A DNA stretch of 63,701 nt, filler included, from Octopus bimaculoides (taxonomy: Eukaryota), in NCBI RefSeq assembly GCF_001194135.2. It is 9 parts of 9 records of this genome, joined end to end, with 100 filler letters (N's around TTAATTAATTAA, not from the genome) between each part and the next. Parts side by side here need not be neighbours in the genome. Positions count along the whole stretch, not along the records: positions 1 to 7,258 come from NW_026367480.1; positions 7,359 to 31,681 come from NC_068988.1; 7 more parts are not named here. One strand, written 5' to 3'. The notes below the pieces were generated by a model, which worked only from the letters and a program-made list of their open reading frames with translations, was not told the origin of the DNA and ran no database searches. The translations under genes were made by a program, and so were the position numbers. Below, piece after piece: positions 1 through 13,359 of the stretch (the first letter of the stretch is position 1; each line of letters starts with the position of its first letter).

Positions 1-47
1 GTAAAACATTAATGAAAAATGTGGCCCCCGTTTTAAAAAAGATCCCT

Positions 48-152
48 TAAAAAAAATCCTGGGGTCGTTTGTTCGACTAAAAACCCTTTACAGTGGTGCT
101 CCAGCACAGCCGCAGTCAAATGACTGAAACAAGTAAGAGAATAAAAGAAAGA
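48..152 (+). mobile_element. 3' tail fragment of abundant SINE family A
   Basis: Matches the cctggggtcg...ggtgctccagca...gcagtcaaatgactgaaacaagta tail also seen at 15250-15330, 31930-32018 and elsewhere. Boundaries approximate. Confidence 0.8.
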
Positions 153-221
153 ATACGTGCGCGCACACACATTCGCAGACGCTTACACACATGTATATGT
201 ATGCACATGCTTAAGTTCTTT

Positions 222-430
222 CTTTTATTCTTTTACTTGTTTCAGTCATTTGACTGTGGCCATGCTGGAGCACCATCTTCAGTCGAGCAAATCGACCCCC
301 AGGACTTATTCTTTGTAAGCCTAGTACTTATTCTATCGGACTCTTGCCGAACCGCTAAGTTACGGGGACTTAAACATACCAGCATCGTTTGTCAAGCGAT
401 GTTGGGGGGACAAACACAGACACACACACA
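222..430 (-). mobile_element. SINE family A, 3' half
   Basis: Reverse complement of the 15125-15330 segment, ending at the internal (CA)n tract. Confidence 0.85.
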
Positions 431-1770
431 TATATATATACTTAATAAATATATATTTATTTCTGTCATTAATAAAACTGTCGGCATTTTTGACGCATGT
501 AAGAATATGGATATGCATGAAAACTTAAACCTCACATGCTACCACATGCACACACATACAACAAAGAGACACTCACATATAGAGCAAGAGAGGGAGTGAA
601 AGAACGAAGAAGAATAGACAGAAAGTTTTATGGAAGACAAATTTCGTTCGTAACTCCTAAGGGAATGAGAAACAAAATTAGTCATGTAAACTTTCTCAGT
701 TGACGATTAACAACGAAGCAATTTTTTTTCATTCGGTAAATATGCATTAACATTAGACGTGGATGTGTGTATTTGCATCTAGGAATATAAATCGACCTAA
801 TACTTGGTCGGGCAATTTGCGCCACTTTTTGAACACTGACTACGGAATCCCGTAAAACGGTGGCTTTTAATGTTCACAAAACAAAGAACAAGCAAACATC
901 AAAACTACCGAATGACAGAAAAACTGAATATAAAAAGGAGAAAAGTAAAGGAAAACTGGAAGATCGGTTGCCCTAACAAATATTAAAGACTTAGTTCAAA
1001 ATTCATTCAATAGAAACATTTATTTTTCTCTCTTTTTTATTTTTCGAGATCTAGTCAATCTGAAATTTTTACTGAGAAAAAGTATTATGTCATTTCTTCG
1101 ACTAGTTTATTTTTTATGTGAACAGAAAATTCTTGTTCGCCGCCTATAAGAGAGAAAAATCTCTTTTGTAACACGAGTAGATTATTAGTTGTAGCGGTGA
1201 AGTATTTTTGTCGTAGTAGTCAAATTTCAGCGACAACAGTATTCTTTAACCCCCAGTCAAAAGCAGACCTGCTAGGATCTTCCGGTCTAATTTTACCCCA
1301 CTTTTTTTGTGTTGCCGTCGACATTATTTAAGGATTAAGTACTTGTAAGCAAGTCGTGAGATGGTAATGAGGTTCCTTCGTTTGCTAGGAATAAAAATAA
1401 TGCAATGCAATTTAACGGTCGGTTGTGTGAGGTTTTTTTTTTTAACAACTTTACAAAGGTACCGACAAACAGAAATTGTCATTGAAAAAGTCACAATTAT
1501 AGCTAGGTAAAAAGGTTGCATTTCTTTTAAATGTTACAAGCGGTATTATAAGTGATTTATTAACTAAAAATCCTTTCTACTAATAAGCACAAGACTCGAA
1601 ATTTTGTCGAGGTATAATGCTACAGTTTATATAATATCCATTACGTGTGTGTGAAAACAATTCCCGTTCTGTACAATAAAACACTGAAACAAATTAATCA
1701 TTTTTTATCTTGTACAGTAGCTATAAATGGCACCGCAGAACAGTGCCCTTTCAATATTTCATATCCTGTA

Positions 1771-1950
1771 AGGCGGTGAGCTGGCGGAATTGTTAGCATG
1801 CCGAGCAAAATGCTTAGAAGTATTTCGTCCGTCAATATGCTGAGTTCAAATTCCGCCGAGCTCGATAAAATAAAGTACCAATTGAGCACTAGGGGATAGT
1901 TAATCGACTTACAGCTCCCCCAAACTTGCTGCCCCTATACCAACATTTAA
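1771..1950 (+). mobile_element. SINE family B copy
   Basis: ggcggtgagctggcggaattgttagc...aaatgcttag...ctgagttcaaattcc head (tRNA A/B-box-like), repeated more than ten times in the window. Confidence 0.8.
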
Positions 1951-3839
1951 CACTAATATTTCATATTCTGTCCTCGCCACAATGAAAAATAGAAATAGAG
2001 CTAACTTGTGGCGAATGTCGAAATAAGTAGATTAAGGGTCTAAGTACAGGAACATGGTTTCCGTTTCGATAAATTATAGCGCTAATGTCATTGGGGGAAA
2101 AAATGAACTTCCTTTTTCCCTTTTGCAAAAAGTGTTAAAAAAAAAAAAGAATACCATTAGTAGGAGTAATTTCGATATTAGCAAACGCAAAACTTTTTTT
2201 CTAAAAATGGGACAACACTTCGTAACAAATTTACAAATGCCGAAAAAAAAAAATGAAAAGCTTTGAAAAAAAGCTATCAGATAATAGATAATTCCGTCAC
2301 TTTGGCTCAACAAGATAGAAAGAAACTAAAAGAAGTATGTTGCATTAGTTGAAGAGTTTCAATCGTTTTATCAAGCTTGCGAAGGGAAGGTAGTAACAAT
2401 AATCACTGAGGATGTTAACACCCGCTTGCAAACATGGCGCTTTATAAAACAGACACTCCTTCGTATACCACCAATAGTTGTGTTGAACTGTTTACTTTAG
2501 CTATAGTAGCAACTTAGTCATAGTCATTTCCCTTCATGTTTTTCAGAGCGTTGATATTTTTCATCCTTAAATATATTGTAGTAATTTTCATTCGCCCTCA
2601 CTTCCGTGTACTAACAGAACAATTTTGTACACATACGCACACATATACACGAACATACACGAACATAATAACCCATTTATAGATAAGCACACGGACGTAC
2701 AGCTTTCTCCACCTCTTTCTCCTAAGTTAATTTCTTAGTTTTTCGACATATTTCGTTGTCTCCTGCCTGCTACAGTAATAAACATTGGAGTTTTAAGCAT
2801 ACGAGAGAAAAAGAAAATAATTGGCCTGGTTGTTGTATGGTGACTTAGTGTATATATGCCTCAGAATAACCTATTGGAACTATGGCACGGACAAGCATTT
2901 CTCAGGACGTTCAAGGTAAACGAAAACTGAAAAATATTTTCGTTTTGTGTTTGTTCCTTTGTCCTTTTATTCATCGTATTTTATATATTTTCCTTTATGT
3001 CGCTTCTACTTTTGAGACTTTTTCTCAAATTCTTATGATAGAAAAAGTGGGGGAGGTGATTAAAGAACATCACACAATACTAACACATCTATAAACTTTT
3101 TTCTCTACATCCACTCAAATGCTTGTAAATCCGATTCCATGTGAGATCAACTTTTTTTTTATGTTTGAAAAGTTCACCTGAATGGCAGTAATTACAACTT
3201 GTTGCTTTACGAAGGCGGGTTGGAACTTGGATTCGATTCGTTGAAAGTTTCTGATCACACCACAGCGCTTACATTGAACTCGATCTTCTCGGCTGTGACA
3301 GTTTCTTAGCTATAGATAATGTATTTTCCCATTTCCCTACTTAGATTTGCTACATTAACTTTAATATCCGGCATACCTACTCAAGTATGCCTTCCGCTGA
3401 TTTTGTTTCCTCATAACTTTATAAAAATAAGATGCTTTTTATGAAAATTTCTAAAATATACTTCAGATGATATAAATTCTGATTATATCAGAATTTGTTG
3501 TGTATTTTTTCCCCCGAAAGTGGGGGAGAAGAATTTTGGAAAATTAACACGATTCGGCTTTGTTTCGTTAACTTTCAGAAAAATCGGTTTTATGTACTGA
3601 AAGTTTCTACGGATATCCCTCAGATGTTGAAGTTTATATCGGAATATGAGAAAAAAAAAAAAGAAAAGCAAAAGTGGTGGGTTCGTACACATCCAAACAC
3701 CCGTCTCATCTATCTATCTATCTACAAAAATGAAACTTGAAATTTCGAAAAAAATTGCGATGTGTGTCAGTCAGTATGCATTAATTTTCACACGCTCATA
3801 CACCTTTTATACGTTTCTGTAGAAATTAAAGCAGGCGGA

Positions 3840-3917
3840 GGTAAAGAATACGTACACCACCCGTTTTCGGCATTACAAAAACTCTAACCTTAACCACCGG
3901 GTGTACGTATTCTTTAC
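3840..3917. repeat. Mini inverted-repeat element (MITE-like)
   Basis: Perfect 18-bp arms GTAAAGAATACGTACACC (3841-3858) and GGTGTACGTATTCTTTAC (3900-3917) around a spacer containing taaccttaacc. No TSD seen. Confidence 0.7.
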
Positions 3918-4289
3918 TTTCGACGACATATATGTGTATATATATATATATATNNNNNNNNNNNNNNNNNNNNNNNNNNNNNNNNNNNNNNNNNNNNNNN
4001 NNNNNNNNNNNNNNNNNNNNNNNNNNNNNNNNNNNNNNNNNNNNNNNNNNNNNNNNNNNNNNNNNNNNNNNNNNNNNNNNNNNNNNNNNNNNNNNNNNNN
4101 NNNNNNNNNNNNNNNNNNNNNNNNNNNNNNNNNNNNNNNNNNNNNNNNNNNNNNNNNNNNNNNNNNNNNNNNNNNNNNNNNNNNNNNNNNNNNNNNNNNN
4201 NNNNNNNNNNNNNNNNNNNNNNNNNNNNNNNNNNNNNNNNNNNNNNNTCCAACATCGGTTCTCAAGCGGTGCTGGGACACATATACACA

Positions 4290-4452
4290 CAATTGTATAT
4301 GACGGGCTTCTTTCAGTTTCCGTCTACTAAGTCTACTGAAAGCTTTGGTCGGCCCGAGGTTATAGCAGAAGATACTTGCCCAAGGTGCCACACAGTGGGA
4401 CTGAACCCGGAACCATATCGTTAGGAAACAAACTTTTTCCCACGCAGCCACG
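4290..4452 (-). mobile_element. SINE family A, 5' half
   Basis: Reverse complement of ggctgcgtgg...gggttcagtcccactgtgtggcaccttgggcaagt...ccgaccaaagc...gtagacggaaactgaaagaagcccgtc. Confidence 0.85.
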
Positions 4453-4456
4453 CCTC

Positions 4457-4489
<33 letters not shown>

Positions 4490-4535
4490 GTGTCTGTATA
4501 TGACCTTATATATATATATACATATATATATATAG

Positions 4536-5280
4536 AGGGTCATCCCATAAATAATACGTTTTTTTTTATACTTTTATTTTTGAGTTAAGATAAACAAAAT
4601 TCTTTTTTTTTTTTTTATCTAAAATTACTCTCCTTCATTTTCTACAATGCTCTTCCATCTATCTCGTAGACTTGCAAGTCGCCTCTTCCAAAGTTCACTT
4701 GTCCGTGACGAAAAATACTTCTCCAGTACTGTTCTGACCTCGTCTACAGAATATTTTTTCTGCCCAAATGATTTTGAAGACTGCAGAATAAATGATAATC
4801 AGATGGGGCAATGTCCGGCGAATATGGTGGGTGTGGCATCGTTTCTCATTCAAACTGCTCCAGCCTTTGGAATGTCATCATTGCTGTATATGGTTAAGCA
4901 TTATCCTAATGGAAGAACTCTTTTCGTCTTGGAACCAAAGATGGTCGTTTTTCTTCTAGCGCTGGTGTCAATGAATGGTTGAATGACCAAATCCAAGCTT
5001 CTCTGCTAGTTCCTCAACAATTATGATGGAATGTTGTTCCACTAGGGTTTGCAGGATATCCTCGTTGAGCTCTAAAGATCTGGGATGAGTTACGTCTTCT
5101 GGGCTGTAGTTTCCGGCTTAGAATTTCTGGAACCACCGTTGACATTGGCTTACACTTATTGTCCAATCCCCATATACTGCATTAATATTGCTCGCACTTT
5201 TCGTTGCGTTGTTGCCTTTATTGAACTCTTGATTTAAAATATCCCAAATATTTTCCTTTGTCACTTCCATTATAGCTTTG
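4536..5280 (-). pseudogene. Decayed mariner transposase with internal deletion
   Basis: Minus-strand translation gives HTPYSPDIAPSDYHLFCSLQNHLGRKKYSVDEVRTVLEKYFSS...RWKSIVE (mariner YSPDLAP motif) and an N-terminal segment SQCQRWFQKF. Stops and frameshifts present. Confidence 0.85.
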
Positions 5281-5527
5281 AAAAAAATAACCTTTTAATT
5301 TAAATTAACTCTTCAAAACTTGCACTAAGAATAAAGACAAGGTAAAATTAATATTTGCTTTTATAGCAAGTTGATGCAGGTAGTTTATCCCATCCCCCTT
5401 AGTGGTATGCAATTGAAAAAAAACGCATTATTCATGGGATGACCCAATATATAATATGTATGGTATATATATATATATGTATGAACATGTATATATAAGC
5501 ATTATATATATGTATATATATATTATC

Positions 5528-6449
5528 TGTAGTGAAGCTACTTCTATCACAGTTATAAATAGTAACAAAGGTGAGCGTAGCAGAAAGTAGCTTGCTGTGT
5601 CCATCACCTGACTGACTATTATTTCGGCGGCATTTGCCTCATACCGTTTCCCGCCAGGATGCAAACTGACCAACCACAGCCTCTAATAAGGTCACGTGAT
5701 AGTGTTTTTCTAATGCTTCTCTGGAGCCCACCTTTATCTATAAATAGCCTGCTAGATACCCGCCAATTCGTCGCGGCTCAGATCTTCTGAGATCTGGTCG
5801 CTGACCACACGCACGTAACACAGCCAGCCAGTTTCCAGCGACGACATCAACAGCTTCGTCCAACTACGACTACCAGCATCGTCCCCAACAGCGTCAACAC
5901 GACTCTACGTACACAAGCTACCAACAGCTAACCAAACTACCGCAGCTTCTCACCCTGTTTGTGTGATTTCTTCACCACGGAAATAACAGCCAGAATTCAG
6001 CCTGCGAAGAACATCTGTATTCAAGAACCCGACCCGGCATTGAAGCCCCAACATCACGACGAGTGACCGCTCTGCCTCAACGCCTTAACTTCTCACATAC
6101 AGATTACCAATACTACTGTGTACTCTAACTAAGAACTGGTATATTTCCTTATCCGTGTTACTGACTCTAATCTATACTCTGTAACTCTTACATACACATA
6201 CACTCTTTTGTTTTACATGACGGCCAGTCTTATATTGTGTTTTATTATGTCGCGTTCACACACACACACACACAGACATACAGTTTAATGCTCCAATAAA
6301 TCAATACTGGCAAATTTCTTAGTTCTCTATGTTATAGTATTATAACATATATCACTATATTTTGTGTCGACCGTGTGACGCGTTTAAAAAAGGAGCCTGT
6401 TTTCCATTCGTCACCATTTCTCCTTTTGGTTCGCACGGTCGTTCTTACA
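5528..6449 (+). mobile_element. Solo LTR (probably Ty3/gypsy-type)
   Basis: Starts TGTAGTG and ends CTTACA, flanked by 4-bp TSD TATC/TATC. TATAAATA at 5739 and AATAAA near 6295. Homologous to 55638-55954. Confidence 0.8.
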
Positions 6450-6469
6450 TATCCATATTCAATTAATAG

Positions 6470-7200
6470 AAGAAACTGGAGAGATAATGGTTAATAATTA
6501 TTTATTAATAAATTGATAATCATTAATTCCTACAATTGTTTCAATTTGTATTCTTTCAATAAATTACAAATTTAAGCAATAAATCTGTATTCATAATATA
6601 TGAGCAAAATATCAGAGAAATATTAGACGTTTTTTAATGTCTAATATTTCCTTGATGATATTTGTCTAATAGTTCCCTGGTGAGATCAGTGAAAAAGCTT
6701 TATATAAAAATTTTACGTATTACAAAACAATAGTATTATTTTCCAACGAAAAGCACCGTAAAGGTAGAATTATAAATAGGAAACAGTGGCACAACAAGGT
6801 ACCAATTTTCACTGATCTCAGTTCTCTTTATGGCTGGGACTATCAGCCGAGTATATAGGCATTGATGTAGCAGATATTTTAAATTTAGTCATCAGGTAGA
6901 CCTAGCTGGCGAAGACTAATCAGATTTACGATAACAAATGTATTCTGAAAAGTCTGAAACTCAAGTATTAGGTTGTCCATTTCTTTGGCGTCCTTCCTAG
7001 TGGTAAGATGAAGATTTCTTATGTTCGCCACCTGCACACATCTTTGCCTCTATACATTCAGTGAAGCTTTACATAATGTCATACGGTTATCAACTGCTAT
7101 TTTGAGCAAAAATTGTTACCTTGTGTCACTATTTCCTATTTATAATTCTACCTTTACGGTGCTTTTTGCTAGATATTATACTATTTAATTGTAATAATAT
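6470..7200. repeat. AT-rich region with nested inverted repeats, possible PLE remnant
   Basis: 35-bp arm aaaagcaccgtaaaggtagaattataaataggaaa recurs inverted near 7133-7167. Second fold-back centred near 6633, and GAAACAATTGTA on the minus strand near 6530. Confidence 0.5.
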
Positions 7201-7302
7201 TTATAATTTATATATGAGTGGCTGTGTGGTAAGTAGCTTGCTTACCAACCACATGGTTNNNNNNNNNNNNNNNNNNNNNNNNNNNNNNNNNNNNNNNNNN
7301 NN

Positions 7303-7314
7303 TTAATTAATTAA
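7303..7314. other. Scaffolding linker TTAATTAATTAA inside an N run (also about 31726, 51871, 53481, 55582, 58640, 60867, 62283)
   Basis: The identical 12-mer is always embedded in Ns and places a stop codon in all six frames. Technical, not biological. Confidence 0.9.
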
Positions 7315-7556
7315 NNNNNNNNNNNNNNNNNNNNNNNNNNNNNNNNNNNNNNNNNNNNGCAATCACATATACAAGTACTTACAGACCTACATACACAACG
7401 GACATACACAAACACCTCCACAGGCACTGCTATATGCACAACCGCATACATATGCTTGCATGTAGATTTGTGCATGAGAGGGGGAAAAAATGAATGAATT
7501 ATGGATAGAATGAATGAAGTTTATGTAGAAAGATTGGCAGAGAAAGAATGAGACTC

Positions 7557-7605
<49 letters not shown>

Positions 7606-8161
7606 GAGAAGGACTGAGAAGGTATGTTAGCAAGAGAGTGGGTGAGAGGTGGTTAACAGATAAAAAATAAAGTGAAGTCAGTNNNNNNNNNNNNNNNNNN
7701 NNNNNNNNNNNNNNNNNNNNNNNNNNNNNNNNNNNNNNNNNNNNNNNNNNNNNNNNNNNNNNNNNNNNNNNNNNNNNNNNNNNNNNNNNNNNNNNNNNNN
7801 NNNNNNNNNNNNNNNNNNNNNNNNNNNNNNNNNNNNNNNNNNNNNNNNNNNNNNNNNNNNNNNNNNNNNNNNNNNNNNNNNNNNNNNNNNNNNNNNNNNN
7901 NNNNNNNNNNNNNNNNNNNNNNNNNNNNNNNNNNNNNNNNNNNNNNNNNNNNNNNNNNNNNNNNNNNNNNNNNNNNNNNNNNNNNNNNNNNNNNNNNNNN
8001 NNNNNNNNNNNNNNNNNNNNNNNNNNNNNNNNNNNNNNNNNNNNNNNNNNNNNNNNNNNNNNNNNNNNNNNNNNNNNNNNNNNNNNNNNNNNNNNNNNNN
8101 NNNNNNNNNNNNNNNNNNNNNNNNNNNNNNNNNNNNNNNNNNNNNNNNNNNNNNNNNNNNN

Positions 8162-8212
<51 letters not shown>

Positions 8213-8968
8213 TATACATATACATACACACACACATACACATGAATATACATATGTGTATATGTATGTATATGATGTGGTAGGTGTATAAAGACAGCGC
8301 TGTCAGCAGTGAAAGTAAGACCAGTAGGTAATTAATGTAGTAAGGATTTCAAAAGATACTGAAGATATCGAGAAGTCACTTGAGGTTTGTTACTAATAGG
8401 CTCTCTACGTCTCCGTGTCCTTCTGTCTCTCTCACTCTCTCTCTCTCTCTCTCTCTCTCCCTCTCTCTCTTTCTTACTCTCTTTCTATCTTCCTTTTTCT
8501 CTTTCTCACCCCTTTTTCTCGTGCAATGGCTGAAACACTAACATAATAGAATACACTCGTTTCAGTTGAATCACTTCTTCCTTTTAAATAAATCAATATT
8601 TTTCAATGCTAATATTTCTCTCTATTTCTGTAAGAGCTTGAGTGAACGACTGAGTGAGTCGATGAGAGGAAAAGAAAAGGAGATAGCAAAAGAGAGAGAG
8701 AGAGAAAGAGAAAAGGAGAGAGAAAGAACAACAACAAGAAGAATAACACTATTATTGATACAGATACTATGAGTTATAATGATGATAATGACGATGATTT
8801 CTTTAGTTGTCATAAGGACACCAAAAAGAAACTATAACATTGGAAAACATCATAATACAATAAAAATGATGATGATGATGATGATGATGAGTAATAGTGG
8901 TGGTGGTGGTAGTAATGATACTAACATGATGACCATTGTCATCATCATGAAGGAAGAAAGAAGAAATG

Positions 8969-9020
<52 letters not shown>

Positions 9021-10166
9021 TGATGATGATGACGAAGATGATGAAAAAGAAAGAAAGACAGAGATATTTGCGGTTTTGCTGAAACATGCAAGCTTGATTC
9101 TTTAAACATATATCAGCTAGATTTCTAAATATTATTCAAATAATATTTATTTTCTACATTCTCAGCTAAGCTTACTTGGAATTGCTGAAATTCCTCAATT
9201 ATGATATATGATAAGGTTTGTAGAAACACCGGGTGAAGCAGAGGGAGAGAGAGAGAAAGAAAGAGAGAGAGAAAGAGAGACGGGAGAAGGAAAGAGAGAG
9301 AGAGAGAGGAAGAGACAAAGAGGGAGAGTGGGGAGTGGGGAGAGACGATATGGACCTACCCTAGGAATTCTGGGATGATTTCTGTATTGGAAAGGGAGAC
9401 CCTTTTCTCCCCCCCACCACCACTTCCTATTAGGGCACAGCATCAAAATGAAAGCAGATTTTGTAAAAAATCAAATGTTAAGCTTTGTAAAGGATCCTTA
9501 AAGGGGACAAATATGTGTAAAAATTTAATACTGAATTTAGTCCTACATTGTTTGATGTGACATTTTGTGTTGTTTTATTTTTGCTTTTTTTTTTATGTAG
9601 ACATTGGTAATGGTGATCAGTGGGTGTGCAATATCAAACTGTGTGTAGGAAAGGAAGACCGCTGTTAAAATTTAACAACAGATTTTCAAGAAATACCATG
9701 GAACTAATTATTTAACATGCAAATATTCTGTAGCACAACAACCACCATAACACTACCATTCTCCACCACCGTCACCACCACTGCATACACACCTGCTACA
9801 TGACAAAGTGAAAGTAAGAAAAAACAAAATAAACAAAGAAAGCAAGCATCTCGAGAAATTCTCTCATACTATGAGCGAAAAACTTTCTTGAAATATTGTA
9901 ATGATTTTTAATATTTTTTTGAATGTTTAAATTATAATTGTTAATAGACTGAAACTGTATTTCTGTTCAAAATTTGAAATATTGAGTGAATTTAAGGAAA
10001 GGTTTTTAATTAATGGAAATATGATGATTTTGAGGGAAAATAATGGTTTTGGTTAATTTGTAATTATAATTATAATTAGAGCATTATTAATCTATTTATC
10101 TATCTATCATTCTCTCTCACTCTCTCTCACTATGTGAATATACATAAATATATGTATGCATGTTAG

Positions 10167-10204
<38 letters not shown>

Positions 10205-10878
10205 ATATGCATATGCATATGTATGCATATCTTTCTATGTATGTATGTATGTATGTATGGATGGATGGAGGGATGGTTGGATGAATGACTGGATGTGTGT
10301 GTGTAATTATACATACACATATATATATAACACAACGTGTTAAATATCTATATATCTTCATTTATTTTTCTCTTTCTTTCAGTATATATGTATATATTAT
10401 ACACACACACACTCACACACACAAACACACACACACGCTCATACACACATATAACAAAAGAAAGAAGAGGAATAGCAAATGTGGAGAATAAAATTTGTGA
10501 CTGCAAAAGGAAGAAAATTGTACAAGACAGAGTGCAGCAGAGATGCAGAAGAGGAGATACAGCTGTAGTTAGTTGTATTATAGATGGAGCTCTTATAAAA
10601 GCAATAAAAACACACAGTTTGTTTGTTTGTTGTTTGATCTCATTTTTGGTTTGGCTATATACTGAAAAAAAAAATGTATGTATATATATATATTAGGGGT
10701 GAAAATACAAAACTATGTCCTACCTTGGGTGTAAGAAACAGATATAGCTTCAGGTTGGAAGGTAGATGCAGTATTATTGTTGGCAACAACAGTCCACAAC
10801 AGTTTGAAATCCCTACAGTGCCAATAACTGTAGTTCTGACTTCGGCAAATATAATCCATAACACTGACAGAAATTGAA

Positions 10879-11212
10879 TTGGCAGCAGTAGCAGCAGCAG
10901 CAACAGTAGTAGTAGTAGCTGCAGCGGCGGAACCACTGGTGACAACAGAGGCAGCGGTGTTAGCGATAACAGGCAATGATGGCAGTGTTGGAGGCAGCAG
11001 TTGTTATAGTAGTAGTGGTGGTGGTGGTGGTGACTGTAGCAGTAATGGTAGGGATGGTGGTGGTGGTGGTGGGAGCAATGATAGCTGTAGTATCAGTCAT
11101 AGTAGTAGCATTAACAACACCAGCAGTGACGGCAAAGCTCTCTTCATTGTAGTAGTAGTAGAAGTAGTAGTAGTAGCAGAAATAGTTACTAGTACTATTA
11201 ACAGTAGTAATT

Positions 11213-11257
<45 letters not shown>

Positions 11258-11478
11258 TCATCATTATCATCATTGTCTTTGTTGTCATCAGCATCATCAT
11301 CATCACCACTACCATCATCGGTTTCATCATCACCATTATTGTCATCATCACTACCACCACCAACACCACCACCACCGCCACCACCACCAACAACAACAAC
11401 AACATCCTCACCACCACCACCACCATCACCATCATGATCGTCTTCATCATCACCATCATCAAATTCAGCCAGGCTGTG
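10879..11478. repeat. Compound trinucleotide microsatellite block ((AGT)n, (GGT)n, (CAT)n, (CAC)n)
   Basis: Directly visible. Explains the low-complexity ORFs on both strands. Confidence 0.85.
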
Positions 11479-12359
11479 TCAGATGCCTGCTAATGTTGGC
11501 TAGAAGCAGAAGAAAGCCAGGTATTTCCCCAACAGTTATTGGAGCCAACAATCAATGAAACCCTTCTTTGACAAATAAACTACTCCCCCCCCCATCTCAT
11601 GCCTGCCCACACTTCTCTAAATCACAAACACACACACACGCATACACACACATATATGTGCATGTGCATATACACAAATACATACATACATATATATATA
11701 NNNNNNNNNNNNNNNNNNNNNNNNNNNNNNNNNNNNNNNNNNNNNNNNNNNNNNNNNNNNNNNNNNNNNNNNNNNNNNNNNNNNNNNNNNNNNNNNNNNN
11801 NNNNNNNNNNNNNNNNNNNNNNNNNNNNNNNNNNNNNNNNNNNNNNNNNNNNNNNNNNNNNNNNNNNNNNNNNNNNNNNNNNNNNNNNNNNNNNNNNNNN
11901 NNNNNNNNNNNNNNNNNNNNNNNNNNNNNNNNNNNNNNNNNNNNNNNNNNNNNNNNNNNNNNNNNNNNNNNNNNNNNNNNNNNNNNNNNNNNNNNNNNNN
12001 NNNNNNNNNNNNNNNNNTATTCATACAAACACTCACACATACACATGCATATGTATAATATTACTATGCCTAAGCAAAATCTTAATATATCTATATCTGT
12101 GTGTGTGTGTGTGTTTTAAATGTAGAAATATATTAACACACACATAGACATACAAATGTATGTGCATGTGTATGTATGCATGCATGTATGTATGTATGTA
12201 TGTATGTATGTATGAATCTATCAATGTATGTAGGCATGCAATGTATGCGTCTAATTCTATCTATTGATCTATATTTCTTATTCTACAATGCAAACCATTT
12301 TACCTAATTTATGGTTAGAACCAATAATATCAGCAACAACAACAACTGCAACAACAATA

Positions 12360-12800
12360 ATAACATCTACTTTTGGCACAAGGCCAGCAATTTCGAGGAA
12401 AGGGGATAAGTCAATTACATTGGCCTCATTACTTGACTAGTATATTATTCTACTGACCCCAAAAGGATGTCATGCAAAGTTGACCTCAGCAGTAGTTGAA
12501 CTCAAAAGATCCAGAGGAAATTCTGTAAACCATTTTATTTGATGCTCTACTGATTCTGCCAGCTTGCTGCATTAATAATTATGATAATCCTTCCTGCTAT
12601 AAACAAAAGGCCTGATATTTCAAGAGAGGGGGTCAGTTGATCATATCGACCCGAGTACTCAACTGGTACTTATTTCATGGACCCCAAAAGGATGAATGAC
12701 CTCAGCAGAGTTTGAACTCAGAATATAAAAAAGAATGAAATGCTACTAAGTATTTTGTCCAGCATGCTAATGATTCTGTGAGCTAACCACCTCCATCATA
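12360..12800 (-). mobile_element. Two SINE family B copies
   Basis: Two reverse-complement copies with gaccccaaaaggatg...gacctcagcag...tttgaactcag cores. Confidence 0.75.
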
Positions 12801-13359
12801 ATAACTATAATAACAATAATAATGAAAGAAAAAATATATAGATAATAAATGAGTGGAAATTGAACCAGTGCATGTGTTACATAATAAGGCATTAAGACAA
12901 TATGACTCTCCCCAGACACAACAATCATAATAATTATGATGAGTTCAAATTTTGGCTCTTAATTTTTTAGGGCATTGAAAGAAAAGATTATAAAAACCAC
13001 CAAATTTAACAATATTTTTTAAACACCCAGTAGTTGAAAGCATCATATACCATTTCTTTAATATAACAAAGAAAGGAAAATCACATACCATTGGAGAGGA
13101 TATTATTATACCAGTTGTTAGAGATGTGATTGAAATTATTATGAAGAAAGACATTTTACCTATTTCAAAATGCATAACTTAAAAGTGCAACAGCAGTGAA
13201 TTGACACATTGACAAAATGGCTCCAGATTGGGAGAAAATTTTGGAATCAGAGCTTCAATATTGCAAGTTTTCCACCCAATGGCTGAGATAATATTCAGTA
13301 ATTCAAATATTCATTGTTGCTTTTATTGTTGTTGTTCTTCTTATTTTCATTATTATTCC

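Noticed and set aside
3273-3335. Minus-strand mini-exon resembling MGNTLSIAKKLSQPRRSSS with a GTAAGC donor
   Set aside because: As assembled, the ATG frame stops after 8 codons (a 1-nt deletion would be needed), and the phase-2 end does not fit the CTDSP downstream exon.
6520-6670. Hammerhead relic GAAACAATTGTA on the minus strand
   Set aside because: The core on that strand is broken, and a plausible TTGATGA core exists only on the mirror arm, so no complete motif is present.
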